From: Thermoplasmata archaeon
GTDB lineage: Archaea; Thermoplasmatota; SW-10-69-26; JACQPN01; JAJPHT01
Length of the DNA: 64,000 nt
Direction: 5' to 3'
Assembly: GCA_034667685.1 (NCBI GenBank)
Contig: JAXDQU010000118.1
Coordinates: 17,493-81,492 of the forward strand
The notes beneath the pieces were generated by a model. That model searched no databases. It was given only the letters and a program-made list of their open reading frames with translations, and was not told the origin of the DNA. Made by a program: the position numbers and the translations under genes. Numbering within the stretch: position 1 is the stretch's first letter; each line of letters begins with the position of its first letter. Below, piece after piece: positions 57,266 to 64,000 of this stretch.

Positions 57266-58456
57266 GTGGCCCGGATCTCGGAGAAGACGCTGGAGCTCAA
57301 CGTCACGCGCGAGCTCCTCGACGAGGCGGACGCGTTGGCGCCCATGCTCGCGGGCGTCGCCCTGGGAAGCCGCGCCATCCCGGCCTCGCGGGCGCGGCTC
57401 CTGGCGCGCCGGCTCCGGCCCGCCTACGCCGTGGGGGTCCCGATCGACCAGGAGACGTCCCACGACGTCGAGGTCCACATGACGGATCTGGGCGGCCGCC
57501 CGTGCGTCTTCTTCTATCAGTTCAAGCGGCCCAGGTTCCAGCGGTACTCGCGCAAGGGCGCGTTCAAGGGCTCCTCCGCCTCGCCGCGGCCGCACTATCT
57601 CTTCGGCGTCAACGACAATGGCGCGAAGGACCAGCACGTCGCGATGACGCGGCTCGCGCGGACGCTGCCGAATCCCAAGGCCGTCCTCTACGCGCTTCCC
57701 CGCATCGCCACCCACGCTGACCTGCTCAAGAGGCTGGGCGTGCTCCTCTCCGTGACGTCGATGGTCGCAGCGGACGAGGTCGACGCGGAAGCCGCCAGGC
57801 AGGGGAAGCCGATCCTGGCGGGGCAATCGCATCACCTGGCCGTCTCGCCCGGGGGCGCGCAATGGGAGCTCCGCTCGGAGCCCGCGCCCCTGGAGGAGGT
57901 CCCCGATCGCGCCGTGGACCTCGCGGCGGACATCGTCGCGGTCCGCGCCTCCCGCGTGCTCTTGGCGCTCCAGGAGGTCATGCGCGAAGGGCCCGCCGCG
58001 GCCGGCCGTGACGCCCCGTGGCAGGACGCGTTCGACGCGTACCTCGTCGGGCTGGCCGCGTACTTCGGGCTGGAGCCCTCCCGGGCGCGGCAGGTCCTCG
58101 GCGTGAGCCTGGACGAGGGCACGGAGCGCGGCCTCCACGAGGCGCGCCGGCAGCGCGATGCGTGGCTCGCGCCCCAGGCTCGGTGGTGGGCCGGCGAGGA
58201 AGGCGCGCGGGAAAGCCCGCGCGAGCCCGACGAGGTCCTGTGGGCCGACCGTGAGCGCGCCGCGCATCTCTCCAGCGCCGTCTCGGCAGCCTTGTCGCCG
58301 TATCGGAGCCTGATGGCCCGCGGAGACTGGAGCCGGCGGCAGCTTCCCGCGCCGGAGCTCCGCGTGTCGGCGTTCGCCCCTTCCTTCGAGGGGCTTTCGG
58401 CTTGGCTGGAGGAGGCGCGCCTGAAGCGGCTCACGTTGCGGGCCACGTTCTTCTGA
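57266..58456 (+). CDS. Putative PD-(D/E)xK-like nuclease between the ABC ATPase and permease
   Basis: ISEKTLE, DQETSHDV, FFYQFK, DQH, VLYALP; same motif order as 28045-28974. Confidence 0.55.
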   Translation: MARISEKTLELNVTRELLDEADALAPMLAGVALGSRAIPASRARLLARRLRPAYAVGVPIDQETSHDVEVHMTDLGGRPCVFFYQFKRPRFQRYSRKGAFKGSSASPRPHYLFGVNDNGAKDQHVAMTRLARTLPNPKAVLYALPRIATHADLLKRLGVLLSVTSMVAADEVDAEAARQGKPILAGQSHHLAVSPGGAQWELRSEPAPLEEVPDRAVDLAADIVAVRASRVLLALQEVMREGPAAAGRDAPWQDAFDAYLVGLAAYFGLEPSRARQVLGVSLDEGTERGLHEARRQRDAWLAPQARWWAGEEGARESPREPDEVLWADRERAAHLSSAVSAALSPYRSLMARGDWSRRQLPAPELRVSAFAPSFEGLSAWLEEARLKRLTLRATFF

Positions 58457-58498
58457 GCCGACGCAAAGCAAGATGCGGGCGCAGCCGGATCGCGCAGG

Positions 58499-59290
58499 GT
58501 GGCGCGCATGGAGTACCTCCGCGGCTACCGCCTCAGCCCCAAGCTCGTCCTGCGCGTCTGGCAGCGCGAGGTCACGCTCTACCGGCGCGTGTGGCCCAGC
58601 ACGATCCTCTCGACGCTCTTCGACCCGATCCTGTATCTGGTGGCGATGGGCTTCGGCCTGGGCGGCTACGTGAAGGACATCGGCGGCGTGCCCTACATCC
58701 AGTTCATCGGCCCCGGCCTCGTCGCGTCGAGCATCATGTCGGCCGCGGCGTACGAGGCGGCGTGGAACAGCTACGTGCGCATCTTCGTGGAGCGCAGCTA
58801 CGAGGGCATGATGACGACGCCAGCCGAGCTGGAGGACGTCGTCGCGGGCGAGGTGGCGTGGGCCGCGACGCGCTCGCTGATATCCTCCACGGTCATGCTC
58901 GGCGTCCTCGCGGCCTTCGGCCTGCTGCGCTCGTGGATGCTCGTCTTCGTCCCGCTCGTGGCGCTCGTGGGCGGCGTCATGTTCACGCTGCTGGGCCTAT
59001 CGTACTGCGTGACGCGCCGCTACATGGACCAGCTCACGTTCATGTTCAGCCTCGGCATCACGCCGATGTACCTCTTCAGCGGGATCTTCTTCCCCCTCAC
59101 CGGGCTGCCGTGGTGGGTGCAGGACCTCGCGTGGATCTCGCCGCTCTACCACGTCGTCGAGGTCGTCCGCGCGCTGATCCTCGGGATGCCCACGCTGCTC
59201 ACGCTCGTCCACCTGGCGTGGATGGCCGCGCTCGTCGCCGTCTTCTGGGGACTGCCGAGCCGGATCCTGCGCCGGAGATTGACTAGCTAG
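58499..59290 (+). CDS. ABC-2 permease (NodJ-like)
   Basis: DPILYLVAMGFGLG, YIQFIGPGL, FSGIFFP, PLYH. Confidence 0.92.
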   Translation: MARMEYLRGYRLSPKLVLRVWQREVTLYRRVWPSTILSTLFDPILYLVAMGFGLGGYVKDIGGVPYIQFIGPGLVASSIMSAAAYEAAWNSYVRIFVERSYEGMMTTPAELEDVVAGEVAWAATRSLISSTVMLGVLAAFGLLRSWMLVFVPLVALVGGVMFTLLGLSYCVTRRYMDQLTFMFSLGITPMYLFSGIFFPLTGLPWWVQDLAWISPLYHVVEVVRALILGMPTLLTLVHLAWMAALVAVFWGLPSRILRRRLTS

Positions 59291-59312
59291 GAATGCCGAC
59301 GAACGCCGTTTG

Positions 59313-60428
59313 CTATCCCGGCGGATCGAAGTCGAGCCGGTCGACCCACACCCAGGGGGCCTGGACGTCTGCCGGATGAACGTGGACATAGCCCCGGAAC
59401 CGCGACTCCACGTATCCGCTCCGGAGCATGCGGGCTTGGAGAGGTCGCGGGGAGGGTCGCTCGTCGGGAGGGTCCAGGTCGGGCGGTTCGGGAGCCTCTT
59501 TTTCCGGCTGCTTCTCGAAGTGGTGTGAGGGCGACGGCGCAGTCGCGCCGGGGATGAGGACGGTGTGCGATCGATCTGCCCCGGGCATGCTGGACGGAGA
59601 CGGAGTCCTCTCCTCGCCTGTGAAATTCAACGCCTCCAACCCGTCGACGGGGTCGCCCTGTCCGAATGCAGCCGAGTAGGCGTGGACCAGCGAGAGCGAG
59701 GCGACTTCGAGCTCGGGCGAGCAGGGCTCCGCGAAGCTGACTCCGATCGCCCGAAGATCGTCGAGACCGAGTCTCCAGAAATGGGAGCGGTCGGTCAACG
59801 ACGAGACGGCATGGTCAAGCCTTGCAGCGTCCGCGAATCGGGGGGCGAGGATCTCGCGGGTGAGCCGCCGCATGGCCTCGTGCAGCCCGAGAAGGGAAGC
59901 GAACTGGTCGGCCCCGAGCTTTTCGACGACGCGAACCAGGAGGTCAGGCGCGGCCGGATCGGCCGACCGCCGAGCGGCTTCATAGGCTTCGAGCGCGAGG
60001 ATGTCGGACCTTTCCGGCCGCGCCCCGCCGCCGCTCGGCGTTAGCTCCGAAAGACGCGTCAAGAGCATCCGGTCCGCGCCGAGCGCGAGGTGCGTCGCAG
60101 CGCTGTGCGCCCGGTGGGGCACGAGCGCGACATACTCGCGAAAGATGGATCGTATGAGCCGAATCAGCTGTTTCGGAAGATACGCATCGCCGCCGCGGGC
60201 GTGAACCAAGAGCACGACCTTGTCCGAGCCGGTCTTCTCGCGGGTCTCCTTTAGCACCCGATAGAGGGGCGTGACATCCGCCTGGGACATGCTCGACCCT
60301 TGCCCGTGGCCTCCACCAAACGCATAGGTGACGACGGGGGCCCCGCACAGTTCCTCGATGCGTCGCAGCTTGCGATCGCGGGCGGTGATCGTCGCCTCGG
60401 GTGGAAGGGAGGAGAGTAACGAAGGCAT
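59313..60428 (-). CDS. ClpP-class serine protease (SDH/S49-like), divergent
   Basis: LLVHARGGD, VPHRAHSAATHLALGAD; lower GC than neighbours. Confidence 0.65.
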   Translation of the reverse strand: MPSLLSSLPPEATITARDRKLRRIEELCGAPVVTYAFGGGHGQGSSMSQADVTPLYRVLKETREKTGSDKVVLLVHARGGDAYLPKQLIRLIRSIFREYVALVPHRAHSAATHLALGADRMLLTRLSELTPSGGGARPERSDILALEAYEAARRSADPAAPDLLVRVVEKLGADQFASLLGLHEAMRRLTREILAPRFADAARLDHAVSSLTDRSHFWRLGLDDLRAIGVSFAEPCSPELEVASLSLVHAYSAAFGQGDPVDGLEALNFTGEERTPSPSSMPGADRSHTVLIPGATAPSPSHHFEKQPEKEAPEPPDLDPPDERPSPRPLQARMLRSGYVESRFRGYVHVHPADVQAPWVWVDRLDFDPPG

Positions 60429-60540
60429 CGCCTCGGCACAACGGCCTTCCCGTCCCTAAATCCAACGCGTTGAACCATAGCTTGGGCCTCCCCCGGCAGG
60501 TGCAAGGTTGCTCGCGAGGAAGAGACGCCGACCTCGGCCC

Positions 60541-60840
60541 TTAGGCTTCGCGCTTCGCTCCCGTGCGAGTCGCCCAGCTCGCGTTCGAGAGCAATTGCAC
60601 GCCGGTCACGACGCTCCAGACCCAGCCCACGATGAGGATGGCGAGGAGGAACTGCGCGATGGCGCGGCCGATGAGCGGGCGCCCGGTGAGGATGCCGCTG
60701 ATGAGCGTGCCCAGGCCGGGGACGAAGACGTTGATCACGAGCATGCCCACCGCCGTGACCGTCTCCAGCACCGGCACCTGCGGGTAGGGCGGCGCGGCGG
60801 GGGGCGTGGCGGCCCAGGGCGGGGCGGCGTAGGTGGTCAC
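60541..60840 (-). CDS. Small membrane protein
   Basis: INVFVPGLGTLI...AIAQFLL...GWVWS. Confidence 0.7.
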   Translation of the reverse strand: MTTYAAPPWAATPPAAPPYPQVPVLETVTAVGMLVINVFVPGLGTLISGILTGRPLIGRAIAQFLLAILIVGWVWSVVTGVQLLSNASWATRTGAKREA

Positions 60841-60844
60841 GCGC

Positions 60845-62032
60845 TCACTCCCGCTCGACCATCGCGCTGACCGCGTTCCCGCCGCCCAGGCAGAGGGTGG
60901 CGAGGCCGCGCTGCTTGCCGGTGCGCTTCAGGTTGTGCAGCAGCGTCGTGAGGACGCGCGCGCCGGAGGCGCCCAGCGGGTGGCCCAGGGCGACCGCGCC
61001 GCCGGAGACGTTGAGCTTCTCGGCGGGGACGTGGAGCGCGGACATCACGGCGCAGCTCGCGGTGGCGAACGCCTCGTTGTGCTCGACGAGGTCCACGTCC
61101 TCGATGCGGTGGCCGGTCTTCTGGAGGAGCTTCTGCACGCTGGGGATGGGCGCCGCCATGACGCGCATGGGTGCCACGCCCGCGGTGGTGAAGCCGACGA
61201 GGCGCGCCTGGATCTCCAGGCCGTGCTCCTGCGCGGCCTTGCGACTCGCCACGAGGAGCGCCGAGGCGCCGTCGCTCATCTGGCTCGCGTTGCCCGCCGT
61301 GACCATGCCGTCGGGGCGGAACGCGCCCTTCAGCTTCGCGAGCGTCTCGGGCGTGGTGTCGGGGCGGATGCCCTCGTCGGCGGTGACGACCGTCTTCGTC
61401 TTGCCGCTGGCCACCTCGACGGGGACGATCTCGTCCTTGAACCAGCCCGCGGCGGTGGCGTGCGCGGCGCGCTTGTGGCTCTGCGCGGCGAAGGCGTCGG
61501 CCTGCTGGCGCGTGACGTGGAACTCCTCGGCGACGACCTCGCCCGTCTCGCCCATGGCGACCTGGCTGTAGGCGTCCATGAGGCCGTCGTGGTAGAGCGC
61601 GTCGACGAAGGTCGCATCGCCGTACTTGTAGCCGAAGCGCGCCTTGGGCACGAGGTAGGGCGCGCCGCTCATGCTCTCCATGCCGCCCGCGAGGATGATC
61701 TCGGCCTCGCCGGCCTTGATGGCGTTCGCGGCGAGCGCCACGGCCTTGAGCGAGGAGCCGCAGACCTTGTTGACCGTGAGCGCCGCGACCGAGTCGGGAA
61801 GGCCCGCCTTGAGCGCGGCCTGGCGCGCGGGGTTCTGGCCGGCCCCCGCCTGCACGACCTGGCCCAGGATGACCTCGTCCACCAGGTTCGGGGCGAGGCC
61901 GACGCGGGAGAGCGACTCGCGCACGGCGATGGCGCCCAGCTCGGTCGCCTTCAGGTCCTTGAACGCGCCGCCGAAGCGCCCGATGGGCGTGCGGACGCTG
62001 GAGGCAAGGACGATGTCGCTGGGCGAGGCCAT
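60845..62032 (-). CDS. Acetyl-CoA C-acetyltransferase (bacterial-type thiolase)
   Basis: RTPIG, NKVCGSS, GGMESMS, NEAFA, GHPLGASG, LCLGGG. Confidence 0.95.
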   Translation of the reverse strand: MASPSDIVLASSVRTPIGRFGGAFKDLKATELGAIAVRESLSRVGLAPNLVDEVILGQVVQAGAGQNPARQAALKAGLPDSVAALTVNKVCGSSLKAVALAANAIKAGEAEIILAGGMESMSGAPYLVPKARFGYKYGDATFVDALYHDGLMDAYSQVAMGETGEVVAEEFHVTRQQADAFAAQSHKRAAHATAAGWFKDEIVPVEVASGKTKTVVTADEGIRPDTTPETLAKLKGAFRPDGMVTAGNASQMSDGASALLVASRKAAQEHGLEIQARLVGFTTAGVAPMRVMAAPIPSVQKLLQKTGHRIEDVDLVEHNEAFATASCAVMSALHVPAEKLNVSGGAVALGHPLGASGARVLTTLLHNLKRTGKQRGLATLCLGGGNAVSAMVERE

Positions 62033-62131
62033 GCTTGGCCATGGCGGGGTCCCCCCGAAAAACGTTTCCCGCAGACCGGCAGCGTCAAGGCGCGCGTCCC
62101 CCTGCGCCGGCGCGTGGGCCTCGTCGACGCG

Positions 62132-62782
62132 ATGGGGTGGTTCAAGCGCACGCCGGGCTGGGCGCGGCTCATCGGCGCCATCAACCTCGTGGGCATCGTC
62201 TACGGGTTCTACTATTACTGGAGGTACCAGCAGTTCCAGCAGACGCCCGTCGCGCTCTGGATCTTCGTGCCCGACAGCCCGCTCGCCGTCCTGTGGGCGG
62301 AGTTGGCCCTGGTCGCCTACTGGCTGAAGCGGCGCCCCGGCTGGCTCGACGCGCTGGCGTTCGTGGGCAACGTGCAGGTCGGGCTCTGGACGTGCTACGT
62401 CCTGGTGGCGTACGCCCCCTACATGGGGACGTTCGACTTCTCCCACGGCGTCCCGCTCAACCTCGTGCTGCTGGGCGGCCACTTCGGCATGGCGGTGCTG
62501 GGCCTCGTCTTCCTCCAGGGGCTGCGCGACGAGGGGCGCCTCGGGCGTGGCCGCGTGCTCGCGGCGCTCGCCATCGCGGCGACGTACTACCTGGTGAACG
62601 ACGCGCTGGACTACTTCGGTCCGAGCTTCTACCCGGGCACGGCGCCCTGCGGCATGCGCCCCATCACGGTGCCCTGCATCCCGGGCGGCCCCGAGACAGG
62701 CCTGACGCTCGTCACGTTCGGGCTCACGCTGGCCGGCCTCGCGGCCCTGGCCTGGGTCGCGTGGCCCCGCCCGCGGCCGTGA
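62132..62782 (+). CDS. DUF1405 membrane protein
   Basis: INLVG..YGF.YY..Q...TP..LW.FVPDSP.A; H.GM; VNDALDY. Confidence 0.85.
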   Translation: MGWFKRTPGWARLIGAINLVGIVYGFYYYWRYQQFQQTPVALWIFVPDSPLAVLWAELALVAYWLKRRPGWLDALAFVGNVQVGLWTCYVLVAYAPYMGTFDFSHGVPLNLVLLGGHFGMAVLGLVFLQGLRDEGRLGRGRVLAALAIAATYYLVNDALDYFGPSFYPGTAPCGMRPITVPCIPGGPETGLTLVTFGLTLAGLAALAWVAWPRPRP

Positions 62783-63065
62783 ACGGACGCCCATCCGCAT
62801 TCACCGTTGGACGAACAATCCTATCCCCCGCGGGGGGCTCCTTTCCTTGCCGAGACCGCGAGGGTGTCCTCGCCTCAGAAGCCTCCTCGCTCCAAACTTC
62901 GAGGGGTCATCTTCGCGATTCTCGACAGGCCTCCTGCGCCTGAAGCCGTCATCCGAACGCGGTGCTCCCTGGGGGAATTGAGGGAGCACCGCGGCGGATG
63001 GCATCTTTTGCTGTCGCCGCGGTGACAACCCAGACCTTTCGCACGCAGCGACCGCTGTACGGGTG

Positions 63066-63809
63066 ATGGCCGGGAGACGCGTGCGGCTGCCTTGGTCGCG
63101 CCGCGGGGACGACGTTGCCGCCGAGCCCGCGGACGCCCCCGTCGCCCGCGCCGCCGGCCCGCTCCCCCGCCCCGAGCCGAAGGGCGCCCCGCACCACTGG
63201 CTGACCCTGGTCGTCGCGCGCCCCGGCCCCGAGGGTCCGTTGCCCGTCCCCGACGCGCGCCTGGTGATCCGTCCCTACCCGCGCGGCGCCCCCAAGCCCG
63301 GCGAGGCGATGGCGCGCGCCACCACCGGCCCGGAGGGCACCGCGTCGCTGCACCTCCCCGCCGGCCGTTACGCCATCAGCGCGCGGCACGGCAGCGACGG
63401 ACGCGCCGTCACCGTCACGCTGGAGCACGCCGGCCGCGCGCTGCTTCTCCTCGAAGCGCTGGGGAAGCGCATCGCGCTCACGCTGGAGATCAGCGGCATG
63501 GACGGCGGCGCGCTCCCCGGCGCGGCCGTCGAGGTGCGCGCCAGCCCCGCGGGCGCCCTCGCGGCGCGCGGCCTCACCGACGAGCGCGGCGTCGCCACGC
63601 TCCACCTCCCGCCGGGCGCCTACGAGGTCCGCGTCGGCGAGACGCGCGTGCGCACCTACGTCGAGACCGACACGCTCCTGCGCCTCGCGGCCGAGGCCGT
63701 CCCCGCGCCGCAATCCGTCCAGACGCGCTACGCCCAGAAGGCGCGCGCCGCCACGAGCTACGTCGCGCCGTTCAACGCGGAGCACGTGCGGGACGACGTC
63801 TGGAACTGA
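63066..63809 (+). CDS. Protein with two carboxypeptidase-regulatory/transthyretin-like beta-sandwich repeats
   Basis: TTGPEGTA...LPAGRY and TDERGVA...LPPGAYEV. Confidence 0.7.
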   Translation: MAGRRVRLPWSRRGDDVAAEPADAPVARAAGPLPRPEPKGAPHHWLTLVVARPGPEGPLPVPDARLVIRPYPRGAPKPGEAMARATTGPEGTASLHLPAGRYAISARHGSDGRAVTVTLEHAGRALLLLEALGKRIALTLEISGMDGGALPGAAVEVRASPAGALAARGLTDERGVATLHLPPGAYEVRVGETRVRTYVETDTLLRLAAEAVPAPQSVQTRYAQKARAATSYVAPFNAEHVRDDVWN

Positions 63810-63835
63810 GGCGCTGCGCGCCTCAGTTCCAGACG
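63797..63835. repeat. 18-bp perfect hairpin covering the stop codon
   Basis: CGTCTGGAACTGAGGCGC-TGC-GCGCCTCAGTTCCAGACG. Confidence 0.9.
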
Positions 63836-63898
63836 ACGCGCGCTTCGCGCGTCCGAACTCTCCGGAAAGGGGGCCTGCGGCCCCCTGGAGAGCCGTCC

Positions 63899-64000
63899 TC
63901 GACGCGGCTTTGGGTTGGTCCCCTACCGGGGGCTCTCCCGCTCGCGCTGCGGCGCTCGCCAGCGCGCCCCCGACAGGGACCCCTCCAAAAGCCGCGTCGA
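63899..64000. repeat. Long imperfect inverted repeat (REP/MITE-like), reaching the window end
   Basis: TCGACGCGGCTTT...AAAGCCGCGTCGA with nested GGTCCC/GGGACC and GGGGG/CCCCC pairing. Confidence 0.75.

Noticed and set aside
1-64000. CRISPR array, cas genes, or TnpB/RNA-guided transposon components
   Set aside because: No repeat-spacer array and no Cas, TnpB, TnsC or TniQ motifs recognised. The DUF499 ATPase belongs with the methylase operon.

Overview
High-GC archaeal chromosome segment, probably Thermoplasmatota (inferred from thermosome, archaeal Hsp20, Rpo6/RpoK, archaeal uS12/uS7, NurA, TATA-type promoters and non-acidic proteins). It holds two mobile regions. (1) The right end of an element integrated at tRNA-Ala(GGC), carrying a GmrSD-like DUF262/DUF1524 nuclease and a tyrosine integrase whose ORF runs into the tRNA. 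(2) The main discovery: an 18,806-bp unit transposon (10688-29493). It is bounded by perfect 15-bp terminal inverted repeats (GGCTCTGACCCTAAA) and a 9-bp target duplication (AGACGCGCA), and has subterminal repeats in direct orientation at both ends. Its single internal transposase is a SWIM-finger IS4/IS5-type (IS903-like) DDE enzyme. Its cargo is defence-like: an SNF2-DUF3883 helicase / GGCT / DUF1156 methylase / HEPN / DUF499 ATPase operon, a TIR protein and a PD-(D/E)xK-like nuclease. The rest is housekeeping, transport and surface genes, with palindromic intergenic DNA that includes a recurring 'gene 3' end - inverted copy - direct copy' arrangement and a perfect 70-bp heptamer palindrome. 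All family calls come from motif recognition by eye; no searches were run and GC shifts were judged visually.
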